A stretch of DNA of 64,000 bases, taken from positions 62,001 through 126,000 of the forward strand of contig JAYWIR010000007.1 of assembly GCA_036172245.1 (NCBI GenBank). Reading direction: 5' to 3'. The notes under the pieces are model-generated. The model searched no databases, was not told the DNA's origin, and saw only the letters and a program-made list of their open reading frames with translations. The stretch is from Raillietiella orientalis. Its lineage: Eukaryota. Made by a program: the position numbers and the translations under genes. This document shows, one piece after another, positions 22,981 to 35,720 of the stretch (position 1 is the stretch's first letter; every line of letters begins with the position of its first letter).

Positions 22981-25900
22981 CGGAGGAACCGGGCACCGCG
23001 GCTTCGCCCCGCGTCGAGGACCTCTCCTCCGCCATCTCCTGCGGAGCCGTAAGGGGCTCTCTCCCGTCGTCAACGGGGGGGGCGTTCCCTCTTCGAGGCT
23101 GCAGCAAGGCACTGAGGTCGGCGCTCCCGGTCCAGGGACGCACGGGGCTTGTGCTCGAGTCCGGCGCGATCCGGAAAGCCATTTCGCTGCATTTCTTCCT
23201 CTCTCTCGCTCTCTCCTGGCAGACTCGCTTTCACTGTCTGCCAATTCTCACCTACGCAAAAGGTACACACGAAAATCAGTCATGAGCACGCGACCGTAAC
23301 CACGGTGACAGCAGCAGCAACGGCGAGAGGGACTGCGTTCGAGGCACGGCAGGATGCTCTCGTCTCTTTGAGGCAAACAGCGGAGCAGCCAGCTTCCTTG
23401 GGCGGTTTCACCCGCCTGATTGGGGCCGGGTTCACCGAAACAGGCAGGAGCTTCGTGCTTTCGAAGGACGACGCACCTGCAGGCAAAAAACAAAAAAGAC
23501 TGAACACCGATGCACACGCGCGTCCCCAGGTCGCCGCGCAGACGCAAGTCACGGCATCCGCGCAGCGAAAAGGGGGAAGAATTTCGAGGAATCGGTGGCA
23601 GGACAAAAAAAACTCTGCAAAAGCAGTGGACAGAGGAAACGGACCGAAAAATGACCAGCAGAACAAACATTCTCCCTTCTCTTTCAAAGAAAATGAACAA
23701 AAAAAAAAAAAAAAACGCGTGATGCTGTGTAAAAAAAAAAAAAAAAAAAAAAGCCAAGAAAACAAAAGTGCATAAAAGAATATCCGACCGTGACGTTGCA
23801 ATGCGGCCGTCGTTTCCCTGGGAGCCGAAAGCTTTCCTGCAAACACTCGGAAGGAAACGGCGAAAACCGGGAATTTTAAGGGTGCCGAGTAGCTGTGAAA
23901 CTCGCCGAGGGGGCACCGCCTTCCGGCGCGCCCTCCCCCGCACGATGCCCGCTCCCATCCCTCCGCGGCGGCACCGGGGAGCGTCAGCAGCGCCGGGCGC
24001 ACGCACCGCTTGCGATTTTCTGGAAGGATCCGCGCCCCCGTCGGAGATTCGAAACGCGGGGGCGCCCCACTCCCCACGATTCCGCACACAGAGTGAAAGC
24101 AAGATTCTGCGCGGGAAGAATCCTCTTCTCGCAGAGCGCACCCCGTGAGCACGGCTGATGGGGTTCGCACCCCATCTTGCGGGGGCCGCCCGACGGAAAC
24201 GGGTGAAACAAGTTACTCCCCGAGAGCGAACTTTCAAAGGGTGAATTCCGCCCCGAAAACGTTTTCCCTCGACCCCAGGTGTTCCCTTCCTCTCTCGGTC
24301 CACCAGAAAGCCACTGTGAAGCGGTCGTTGGAAGTTGCCGCCGATGCACGAATGCAGGGATGCCAAACCTTTTCGCTTTTCACTGCTCACGCCTCCGCGG
24401 CCGACTTGATCCGCTTTCGTGCGCTGCCCGTTCGGGTTGAACGTTTCTTCGTAATGGGTCCGTGACGTGAACGGCTTTCATTGTGGCCGGCAAACGCTTC
24501 GCACCCTTCCTCGGTTGTCTTCGGCTTCGCAGTGCCATTCGGAAATGAGGTTTACCCGCGCTCGCTGGGGTTCAGGAAATGGGGAGCATGCGACCAGAAA
24601 AATCTCTGCGCCGGGACCGGTGGATGAGAGGGGAAGACTTGTGCCCTTGGGGACGGGGGCGGAGGGTAGGGGGGATCCTCGTCAGCATCCACGTGCACGG
24701 GGGATCATAGGACACCTCGCAGATCCAGCCAGCCATCTTTCCGTCAGCGAACTCAAGGGTGCCCCGTGCTTGGACGGAAGGGGAAAGGAAAAAAAAAAAC
24801 AAAATCGCTGTCGTCCCGATCGAGCTCTCCCGCGCCTCGTCGGCAGCCGCAGAGCCCCACGGATAGGAGCAAAGTGAAGTGGCGAGCATCATATCCTCTG
24901 GGATTCCCCCCGTAACGCCCGAGCTCCGCGCACCGCCCCCCGACGAAGCGCCCGAAGAATTCGTCCTCTGCTGACGCTCCCCCCTCGAGAATCGGTCGCC
25001 CGCCCGACTTCTGTTTCCTCACCCGCCGAGTGGGGAGGTCCCTACCTTGAGGTCGCAGCCCCGCCGGGGAAGGCAAAAAGAAAAAAACCCTTGGAAAACT
25101 TTCGCGACCCGACTCCCTCCTTCCCACTGACTTATGGTGGCGTCCAAGGAGCGCTCCGGCCGGGAGGACGGGAGGGAAAGTGGCTTTTTACAGGCTAACA
25201 ACGGCCATAAAGTCTTCTGTTTGTTCTTCTGGGTATGGAAGACGAGTCTCCGCGCTCGCGACGACGGACGAAGCGCACGCAATAAACTGAGGACCAGAAA
25301 CACACGTGAGGGGAGGGACAGGAGATAACAACAGCAGCAGCAGCAGCAGCAAAAGAGGGAAGACGGAGAGGAGAGCGCGGGTTTTGCCGCTGTGGATTCG
25401 GGAGGAAAGAGCAGCGGCGACGAGCGAAGAGAACGAGCGCAGGGATCGTTCGGCGGGAGTTTTGAAGAGAGGGCGAAGGGGAGGAGGACGAAGTGGGATG
25501 AGTGGAAAGGTGCTCGCTCGCTCCCTCTCGAGGCGGCGGCGGCGTCCTTCTCCGGAGAGGCGCGGCCGGCAGGAGGCGCCGCTCCCCTGCCGCGGATGCT
25601 GCGCCTCCCTCCGCTGCGGCTCCCGGGAGGAATCCCCGCCGCTCGCGGGGAGACAACCCGCGCGACGTTCGAGCGGTCGCCAGCGTGGAGAGGGGTAAAG
25701 GGGAGGGGGAGGGGAGGGGGAAGTGGAAGAAGAAGCGCCCGGAAGCGAGCGCCTCCTCCACTCTCTCCCCTCACTCTGTTTTGCACCCGCTCGCCGTCGC
25801 CGCTCCTCCTCTTCCTCCCAATCTGCTGCTGCCACCGTCAAGAACTCGTCCGCCATCATGGCGCCGACACTGCCGCGCCTCCCCGCAGCGGTTCCGGAGC

Positions 25901-26075
25901 GAGTCGCTGCGCCGTGAAGATCCGTGGCGCATCCTCCCTCACCCCATCCCACCCCCTTTTGTCTCTCCCTTCCCCCTTCTCGCTTGCGCGGGAAACCTCC
26001 TTGGCGTGGGAATTTCTCTTGCTGGAGCACGCGGCCGCAGCTCTGCGGGCGACCCGGCGCCCGTCGCGCCACGCG

Positions 26076-26366
26076 GCAGCCGTCCCCGTTGCAAGGGGAA
26101 GAAAACAGAGGCGCCCTTTCAAGGTTCCTTTGTCTCCCCTCCCCTTCCCGGGGGGAGGCGGTCGCGCGCGTGCCCGGGGCGCCTCGGAGTCTCTCTGCCT
26201 CCCGTGGCACGCGCGCACGATGGCGGCGAAGGGCGACCCCGACTGAGGACCCGCAGCGGACGCACGAGGGAGTGAGGTGGAGGGTGGGGCTGGAAGAGCC
26301 GGTGTCCGACAAGGGTGCGTTCTCGGGAGCGGGCTGCTCACGCGCGCCCTCACCGTCTCCATGAAA
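26076..26366 (+). repeat. Left arm of 291-bp inverted repeat; decayed RT motifs 4-6
   Basis: About 9 mismatches and no gaps against the reverse complement of 27480-27770. Encodes PFQGSFVSPPL (PQGSxLSPxL), VARAHDG (AYADD) and WRVGLEEPVSDK (WxxxGLxxxxxK). Confidence 0.95.
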
Positions 26367-27479
26367 GACTGCGCGGCACTCTTTGCCGCCACCGCACGGG
26401 CTGAGCCTGGCGCGCGCCGACCCCTTCGAAGGCGGCGGCGGTTCTCGAGGATAGACCGACGCGTCTCCGGTAGGGATCTCCCCCCCCCCCTGCTGTTCCG
26501 ACAGGCCCGCTGCCCGGGAAAGCGAGTGGCAGAGTAGTTGCTGCTCCCTCAGGGTCGCCCCTTCCTCCTGGTGAGCCCGAGGGATCGGGGAAGGGGAGGG
26601 CCGCGGCCGGCTCGCGAAGCCTCGAAGGTCCTGGTGTGCACCCCTCGCGTTCTCCTCTGGCCCTGTGGACTCTCAGGGACCTCTCAGGGCCACTTGGAAA
26701 AAAAGAGCCTTAGAAAGCCATCCCCCATCCCCTTCCCTTCTTTCCGAGGGTCAGGAATCACCTGCTGGGGCGGAGGACTTCCCGACCTCAGAGACGCAGG
26801 GAGCAGCAGGAGGCACGGTGCGGGATCGGGAAAGCGCGCGCGCGTCTCCGCGACAACGCGTGGCCACGAAAGAGACGCGCGCGACCGACGCCGCATGGGC
26901 GACCGGGAGCATCGGTGCGTCCCGAGAGGGCCAGGGCGAGGCACTGGGGCTCTCGCTCTCTCCCCCGTTCTCTGCAGTTCCGTAGGGTGCTGGAGTTACC
27001 TCTTTCTCATCGGCCCTCCTCCTGCCCTCATGGCTCAGGTCGGAACTCGCGGAGACTGGAGAGTATCCCCCTTCCCCCTCTCCCTCCCCCTCCGTCCCCG
27101 CGTGCAGGACCTTCCCTCCCTCCTGCCTCCCCTTCGCGACCCATCCCGCAGGATCCGCACGCAGCGTGACCTCCGCAAGAGCACCTCGCCCCGTCCCCTT
27201 CAGCCTACCCCCGGACCAGCCCCTCCTCGTCATCCCGTCCCCGAGAAACAGGGAAACGGTGAGACAGGGAGGGATGGAAGGGGGAAAAGGGGGCGGCGGC
27301 CCTTTGACCGATCTTTCCCGGGAGCATCCCTTCCCTTCTCTCCTGGTCCGGGTGGCTCCTGGCACGCCAGTGTCGGAGAGGGACGCCTGCCACGGTCCGC
27401 ATTCCTGCGGGAACACCGAGCCGAAGGGTCCAGGGAGAGGGAGGGAAGGGGGAATCCTGAGGGTTCCAGAAGGACGCTT

Positions 27480-27770
27480 TTTTATGGAGACAGTGAGGGC
27501 ACGCGTGAGCAGCCCGCGCCCGAGAACGCACCCTTGTCGGACACCGGCTCTTCCAGCCCCACCCTCCACCTCACTCCCTCGTGCGTCCGCTGCGGGTCCT
27601 CAGTCGGGGTCGCCCTTCGCCGCCATCGTGCGCGCGTGCCACGGGAGGCAGAGAGACTCCGAGGCGCCCCGGGCATGCGCGCGACCGCCTCCCCCCGGGA
27701 AGGGGAGGGGAGACAAAGGCACCTTGAAAGGGCGTCTCTGTTTTCTCCCCCTTGCAACGGGGATGGCTGC
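27480..27770 (-). repeat. Right arm of 291-bp inverted repeat
   Basis: About 97% identical inverted copy of 26076-26366; the ORF track shows the same peptides on opposite strands; spacer ~1.11 kb. Confidence 0.95.
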
Positions 27771-29849
27771 ACTTGCTCGGAGGGTGGGTCGGGAAGTCCA
27801 GGGAGACGGGAAGGGAGGGGAGTCGAAAGGGGGTCGGAAGGAGCCCAGAGGATTGCAGACCCCCTTCGGGAGGGAAGGTTCCCGGATTCAGCTTCGAGGG
27901 GCTCCTGGGATCCTTCCGTCCGCCCCCCGCTCCTTCCTTGTACACACGAACAAAGAGCAGGCGAGCAGGAACGGAGAAGGGGGTCCAGGTGGCGAAGGAG
28001 GAGCACCCTCTCCCCTTTCCTTCCCCTCCGGCAGGAATTTCCGGTGGCGGCACGCCCATCCGAGGAGCCCCCCTCTCCAATTTGCCGTGCCGAACGCCCT
28101 CAGCCACGCGACTCCGAACGGACGGACAGAAGGAGGGGGGCAGGGGGATCGCTAACGCATCGCGAGACCCGAGGTCAGCAGCCTCCGCTCCCCGGAACGG
28201 GCCAGCGGGGAGCACGGAGGCAAATTGGGGGCCCCCAGGGGCGAATGCGACCGTCCAGGACGGGGAGAAAGCCTCTCCTATTCGCCCTCCAACGAGCTCC
28301 TTCCCTCCCACTCCCGTCCCCGTCCCACCTTCCTTCTTTTCCCCAGAGTACGGGAGAAAGCGCGGACGCACGCCCCAAGCGACCTTGAGACCCAAGGGGG
28401 GGCTCGAGGAGGCGGAGGGGCAAGCCCTCCTACAGGGACCCGTTAATCATCGGTGTGTGCCGCCCTCACCCCGCAGTTCCGGGTGCCTCTCTAGCTCCCG
28501 GACTTCAGGAGGCTCGAGCCCGATCGGGGGCGACCCTCTGGGTCTTCTCTGGGTACCCTTCCTAGCGGCCCTCGCCCCGCGACTGCGGAGTTCCGGTAAT
28601 GGGAGAGAATGGAGGAAGAGGAAGCGGGTCTCCCGGTGGCGGCAGACCCGCTTTCCGGGTGGCGAGGGAGTCCGGGATCCGAAAGGGGGTGGCGCCTAAC
28701 TCCCCTCACCCCTTCGGTCACCCCGCCGCCGCCTGAGCTTCAGCCGACTGGGTGCGGAGAGGCCCTATGCGATTGACCTCGGATCCCCACGCCTTCGTCG
28801 GGGGCGGTGGAATGGCCTACCCCCTCCTCTTTCCCAGCCTACATCACTCTTCTTTTGGGGCTGGGGAGGGTAGCGAGAGGAACCCGCCCTCTCCCCCTCC
28901 CCAGAGCCGAAATCAAGGAGGGAGACGATGGCGCTCGTCGGGGGGGAGGGGGAAAGAGGGAGGGGAAGGGGGTCGTGATGGCAGCAGGCACAGTTGGCAG
29001 GGCCCCTCTTGCGCCCCGTTGTCGCCCGCCTCGGTGGCGTCGAGGAGGGGAAGAGGAAGGGCGCCGATTCTCCTCCCTTCCTCCTCCTGCCGCCTGGGGA
29101 GCAAGGCAGAAGGAGCTTGGAGACGGAGGGAGGAGTAATTGCTCTCCGTGCGTCCTTGGGCAGGAGAGGGGCCACGCTTCTAGGGAAGGAGACACGAGGT
29201 CGTCCCACTCTCTCGCCGCCCCCAGCGTTTTGGGCTGTCTCCACCAACATCAATTAGGAGCGAGTCCCGACCCCCCCCCCCCCTACTGCATCACCACCCC
29301 TGCTGCAAGCGCCTCCAAGGTAGGTGCGCGCTGTCCCTCAGGAAGACCTTGCTTCCTGCCGCCTTCTTCGCTTAGCCGACGAGCTCGCCGAGGGAGCGCT
29401 CTTGAGATCTCCTGCGGATTTTTCCTTCCGGAGAAGGAAAACATCCCTGGAGGGACTGCGTGGGAAGAGACGGTCTCAGCCCGAAGGAGCTCCGTTTGCT
29501 CCCTCCCCACAACCGCCATCTTCTCCTGGTCCTTCGTGTGGTCCAGGATGGTGGCAATGGTGATGAGAAGGAGGAGGAAGAGAAAAGTTGGAGAAGAAGG
29601 AAGAGGAGGTGAGGCTTAGCCAGTCCATGCCCTGAGGTCGGCATAAGTGGTGGCGCGTGCGCTGCGGGCGGCAACCGTCCCCTCTCGGACTGTCGGAGCG
29701 CAGGAATGGGGTGGGTCTCTCCTGCTCCTCTTCCACAGCGCTCTTCGGGGTACGTGCGGGCTCTCCTGATGAGGAAGAAGCAGCAAAGCAGACGAAACAT
29801 AAGGAAGAATCCCCACGGTCGGGTCCTTCAACCCTCTCGCCAGGATCGG

Positions 29850-30110
29850 CGCAGCAGCATCCTTGGTTGGGTCCCTCTTGTGGAGCTTGCCTCTTGGGAG
29901 CGCAGCAGGGGAGACTCCTGATGTCCTTTCCGGGAGTGTCCTTTCCCGTGCATGTTGAGGATTCCTTGCTCCCTTGGAGGCATCCGCTCAAGCTTGGAGG
30001 GTCGTCTTCCTTTACATTTCCGAGAATCACGCGAATGGCAGGAAAAGAACGGAACGACCCCCATCGTCTCTGCTTCGGTCTCTTCTTGGGAAGAACGGAG
30101 GGGGCAGAGC
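29850..30110 (-). mobile_element. Possible decayed LINE RT domain 1 fragment
   Basis: VLPKK.......SFRSFPAIRVILGNVKE resembles IPKK...SYRPISLL..LGKVxE; this is a single motif only. Confidence 0.25.
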
Positions 30111-31023
30111 GGGTTGGAGCGCCTGTCCCAGTCGGGGTGACAGATTCCCGAAGGCCGTTCGCGGCAGCAAGGAAATCGTCGCTCTCCGCCCGTGGCCGGC
30201 CGCGGCGGTCACCGTTCTTCGGAAAGACAGGAAGGGAAGAGGCTTCTCCTTGGTGTAGGGAACGTCCCCATGGCGGAGCGGCACGCGAGCGTTTTTTGAG
30301 CGGCGCCATCAAAGCTTCGTGGAACAGCGCATCATCGTGGGCAGCGTGCCGTCCGGCCCCGCACGGGACGAGCACCTTGCGTAGGGTCGAGAATGCGCGT
30401 CTGACCGTCGCATGCCCGTCCGCTTCGGCTCGCGGTGACCGTCCGTCCCCGTCGGAGGAGGCGTGAAAGGCGCCGGCGGTTGCCATGGGGAGTCGCTTTC
30501 CCGTGTTCGTCGCCGATCACGAAGAACGCCACCTGTGTCACTCGGCTGGCGTTTGATTCGGACGGGCGTCCGTCCCTTCGCGGCTCCGCGGACACGTGAC
30601 GACATGCAAGCAGCTGCCCTGGGGAGAGCCTTGCACGAACCTTTCCATCTTTTGCTTTTCGAGAATGCGAGCTGCCATTTTCCACATGTGGCTGGGCTGC
30701 AGCGGCCGCTTCAAGTTCCTTTGATCAAACGAGCAATTAAGATATTTCGAAAGAAAGAAAAGGCGGAAGCGGGGGGAGGGGGAATACGCCTTCATTTTCC
30801 TGTGATCCCGTTTTTTATGCGGGTCTTCGTCGGAGAGGTCGGATGGAAGGGGGTTGCAGTGTTCTTCCATCGGTTGCCATGCACGGAATCGGTATAAACG
30901 AAACGTAAAGTAAGAAAGGGAAGAAGGGGTGGGGTGGGGGTGAGGAGGAATCCGTAGGCTGGCTTGCAATGTTTCACTTTGATCGCTTTTCGTAAAAATA
31001 TAACAACCACAAGAGCAGCGGGG

Positions 31024-31054
<31 letters not shown>

Positions 31055-34000
31055 GCGACCTCCTCCTCTTCTCAAAACAAGTGGAAAACAACGCCACAAA
31101 GCGTCACGCCGGAATCTCCGCGGTGATCCATTTTTCGTGCTTCCCTTTCCCCAGACCGCTGTTCGTGGGGCCAAGACGTTCACCAGAGGAGCAGAAGATG
31201 GAAAACACCCGTTTGCAGCCCCCGCCGTTCTTTCGACCTGTCATCCATCCTCCCTCCCTGCTTCTTCTAATCATCTTTCGTCCCTGCAGACCCTTGCGCG
31301 GAGAAACCTCGAGAGTTCCCCTTGCATCTAGGAAGCCCACTCGGTCAATAACTCGCCTGGGAGAAGAGGCTCGGGACTCGGGCGCAAGGAGGGGAACAAC
31401 CTGGGCATCGGGATCGCTCGTTGCCGAGGCGAAAAACCCGCGGCGCGGTCTCTCCCGCGCCGCGGTGATTTCGGCGAGTGCGCACGCGGTCGTCCGTCGT
31501 CACCCACGCCATCGCGCTTTTTTCCCATGCAGCATCGGAGACGGCGGAGGGAGCCAAAAGTCGCTGCTGCCCGCATTCCTCCGCGCCGAACACCCGCAGC
31601 CACGGGCTCGCTCGGGCTGCTCGCTGCCGACGCTCAAGATTGGCCGCGGAACCTCGTTCTTCTCTTTCTTCTCTTTCCTTTTTTTTTTTTTTTGGTGCGT
31701 TCGGCTTCTCCCCCCTGCGTCGGGTGCGACTGCACGTGGGTAAAAGGATGCGTTTCTCTCTCCCCCTCTCCCCCTCCCCCCATTTTTACGATTACGGCAC
31801 TCGGCAAGTCTCGAAGGCGCGTTCTCTCCGAACGTTCGCCAAACAACCCGTGTCCGCGAGGAAAAGGGAACGCTCCATGCCTCAGGTTCTTCACGAGTCG
31901 CCATTCTCTCTTTCAGTCGCGGTGACCGCCCTAATTGCACCTCGCCGCTATCGGCTAATTCCTGGGTTTGCTTTTTACTGCCTCCGGCCCCGGACTCCGC
32001 GAGGGATCCTCTCGGAGGCCTGACGGGTCGAGGAGGCCCAGCGCTTCGGAAGGCACCCCAGGGCCACCCAATGTGATGACGTCGGAAGACGGATCGGTGT
32101 TTGTCGGGGGTGAAGCATTAGCCGGCGCGGGAGATGGGGAAACACCTCCGCGACGCGAGACGCGCATGCGCCGGGCGACTCCCGCCCCGTCTCGGCCAGT
32201 AGAAACGAACAGGTGCCCTCTGCGAACCCGGGGAGCCCTCCCGCTTCCTTCCGCCCTCTTCTCGCCGGGCAGCAGCGATGACTTCCTTCGGGCGACCTCT
32301 AGCAAACAACCCCCTGCGGACGCGCTCAGAATCCAGGAATTCAGCAGGTGTTTTCCCCGGAGATAGGGAGGGAAGGGAATGGGATGCCGAAGGAAGGAGC
32401 ACACTCCGACCCGGAAGAGGAGGAACAGCACCTCCCCTTCCCCTCCCTCTTCTCCCCTGCCTCGGTCGGGGGTCGCAAACCCCGCTGTCGCCAGCGGTCT
32501 TGCGCGCTCGGATCCGGGGAACATCCGTCCGCCCGCACGGCTCGTCCGCTTCCCCCCGCCAGCTTGGCGGGTCGCGTGCTCGGGGAGGCGCGCAGCACGC
32601 GACCCCGACGTCGTGGTGCAGGCCGCGTGTGAATCGCTGTGACGTCGGACTCCCTCCGCCGTGGGATCCGGGTTACGCAGAGGTGGCAGTGCCCGAGGGG
32701 GCATCATCTTTCCGGGCTCCGCGTCGGCGACGACCCGACCGCGACTGCTCGCCCTTTTCCCGTGGGAGTGCGCGAGCCGGACGGATGGCGGTTCCCGTTC
32801 CCCAGAGGAGCGGAGCGAGGACCGAAGGAGACGCCCTCGGGCGGCGGGGCGAAGGAGCGGCGCCGGGCGCTCGCCGTTCGTGGCTGGGGGCGGGCTGGGC
32901 GCTTCGCTCGACGACGCGCTCCTAGGCTCTCCCACGAAAGGAGAGCGCTCTCTCTGCGACCCGGTCCGCTCCGCCCTCCTTCCCCGGAACAAGCGAGACT
33001 AGGGGAGACTTGCTTGCCTGCGGCGCTCCCTGCGGGAGAAAGGAGGGGGGGAGGAGGAGGAGCACACTGGGCGGCCCAGGAGGAAAGAAGATGTCCTGCT
33101 CTCGAGCGAGCCTCCTCCGTCACCTGGCATCCCTTACTCCTCCTCCCACCAGAGGGCGGCCGTCTTGCGCGACTGCCGGTCAGCACCGCCGTCGCCTGGC
33201 GATCGTTGCTCGAATGGCCGCCTCCCTGCGATCCCGGTGGCTCTCCCTCAGATCGTGGCGCATGCTGCAACTACCCTGCCTCGGTGGTCCTTCTTGCCTA
33301 GGGAGACCCTTCTGCGAAGCCGCGCGGATGCAGCGGCGGCGGCACCGGTCGTCCTGCGTCACGTCATCGCGAGAAGCTCGTGGATTCCAGAGAATTTGCC
33401 CCATCCGGCTCCCACTGCCCGGAGCCTCGGGCGATCCCGAGCGCTTCTGCCCGCTGGCTGAGGCTGCGCAGTGGTCCAGAGAGGGGAGAAATCTTTCCAA
33501 GAAGCCGCCAACCTTTCATCCAGAGGCAGGAGTGGCGTCTTGGGGAAAGGCCCGCCTTTGCCTCCGTGGGCCGGGTGAGGGCCTGTCTTCGAACGTGCCC
33601 TTCCGAGCGGCAGCCGCCCCTCAGGCAGGCAGACAGGAGCCGGAGGCAGAGAAGAAGGGCGGGAGGAAAGGCAGGGGGAGGGGAGGAGGGTTAATCTCCT
33701 CGGACTTCCAGGGACTTTCCCCGCGCCGCCACAGCTGACCTTGGTCCCCGGGCGAGTAGCCGTCGCCCTTCCCATCGTCTGTCGCTACGAATTTATCTTC
33801 TCCCCTTGCCTCCTTCCATCAGGGGTTCCTTCGCTTTTGCTCCTCCGTCCCCCGACTGGACCGTTGTGGTTGTCCGAGCAGCGCCAGAAGGCACGGGGGA
33901 GGTGTTGCCTCGCCGGTCCGGGAGAATCTCGGGCAGCGGCGGCCTCTCGGGTTTGCCGGTCTTCCGAAGACACGCAACGGGCGCCAAGGATCCCATCCAG

Positions 34001-34739
34001 CGGCCGGAGGGATCCGGTGGCTCTCAGCAGCGCCGAGAGGGCTGGGATTCCTCGAGGAAGGGAAGGGGAGGAGCAAACATCGGCGAGGGGTGGCCCTGCA
34101 GGCGTATTTTCTCCTCCCCCCCCCCCGATGGAGCAGTGGCGGAGGGCGGCCTTCTTCCCTCCTCCGCTTCTTCATTCCGGCGCAGCGGCGCCCAGACGTC
34201 TTCTCACGCCTCTCCATCCTCGCGGTGCACTCCGCGGGACTCCGCAATCGATGGCTCCCCCTCCGCGATGGCGGTGGGGGGGGGGGGGGGGGCTCGTCCT
34301 TGGCCCTCCGTTCCTTGGCGCCGGAGTGCCTCTCGGGACCGGCACAGCGCTGTTTCCGAAATCCGGCAGGAGCGCTTTGCCCGGAAGCTCTTTCCAAGGG
34401 CCTTTGATGGAAGAGGGGGGAGGAGGGGGAGGTCGGATGAAAGGTCCCTCTCCTACTTGCACCCTCATCGTCTTCACGTTCTTTTCCCGGAGGCCACCAC
34501 TGCCCACCTCCCGACTGCCCCAGGGGGATCCTTCATTCGAGGGTTTTTTTTTTCCCCTCCTGTTTTTTGGATACGTATTGACGGGAGAGAACAGAAGGAC
34601 GGAGGGATCCCCGCTACCTCCCTTGCGGTCCCCAAGAGCAGGGCGTGCTCATCGCAGTGGTGTCTCAGGAGTTTGATCCTGGGAGAATCCGGTGCTCGGG
34701 CGCACCGCTTCTTGGCTGACGTGCTCCACCCGTCTTCCA

Positions 34740-35720
34740 TTGATCTTCAGCCCTTTCGGTGGGCCCCGGGCTCCCTCAAGTCTCGGTACCCTGGGTGAGA
34801 AGCGGGAGTTCGATGCACACCTCCCTCGGGACCGCTGCTGGGCTCTCTTGGGGAAAGGAAAGGGGGAGCGAGACGTCCAGCACGGCGGCTCGACCCTCTT
34901 TCTTGGGAGTCGAGTCGGGACAGCCAACCGGAGGACCGTTGCAGCTCCCGGTGGTTTCCGGGAGACCCTCGTGACCCGCCCGGGGTGTCCTCCAGCTGGC
35001 CGCGCCTCTTGACAATCGAAGCTGCTGATACTGGCGGTGCGGTGGCTGGGGCCGTGACCGAGGGGCGCTTCCCGCGCCACCACGCGCCTTCGGTCCGCGT
35101 CGTCCCTCCACGGTGGACGATGGAGCTGGGCATGGGGGACCGCTCCCCTCAGTCATCCTTATGATTGAGGTCGCGATTCCCGGAGGAGATGTCTGAACCG
35201 ACGGGTATGGGAAGGGGGTGGGAGGGTGGGAGCGTTTCCGTCCTGTTTTCGCTCGCGGGCTCTGCGCTGGCCCACCCTCTTCCCTACTCGAGGGCAGCCG
35301 TTGGAGCCGCCTCAGGACGCTCCTCCGTGGGAGCAAGCAGGAGGAGGGAAGGAAGGAAGGGAAGAATCCCTGGACACACTCCGCCATCCCTCCCTTCCTT
35401 CCGTGCCAGTACGATCCCCCTGGAGCCAGGGGGCGACTGACCGCAGGAAGGCACCTTTTCTGGGAGCAGGCGGCGTGGCCAAGAAGGTTCGGGAGTGTCC
35501 GCTGCCCTCGGGGGAGGAGGAGGAGGAGGAGAGTTCCCTCCTGCTCGCGGGTGGCAGGCGCCTCGGGGCACCAGCGGAAGGGCGGGGGTTAGCGGGGCCG
35601 GGGATGCCGTTCCCTCGGAATGGGTCAGCGGGACCAGCGGCCTAGTCGGAATTTCAAGGCCGTCCGTTGAAATTAAAGGCGCCCACTGGGCTGCGCGGAA
35701 TTCCCGAAGGGCTCCCTTCG
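34740..35720 (+). mobile_element. Decayed RNase H-containing LINE relic
   Basis: In order: frameshifted YLG..EFDAHL at 34787 (RT domain 7); AF..ST...GPLP at ~35085-35150; V*TDG at 35191-35205 (YTDG); LKAPTGLRGI at 35673-35702 (VKAHxGxxGN). Confidence 0.5.

Noticed and set aside
26076..27770. MITE or DNA transposon call for the inverted repeat
   Set aside because: No target-site duplication, no transposase, and the arms look RT-derived.
26538..28388. 616-aa ORF
   Set aside because: Runs through the antisense of an inverted-repeat arm; composition is typical of GC noise.
29766..29798. Hammerhead-like CTGATGAG...GAAAC
   Set aside because: The intervening sequence cannot form stem II and no stems I/III were found.
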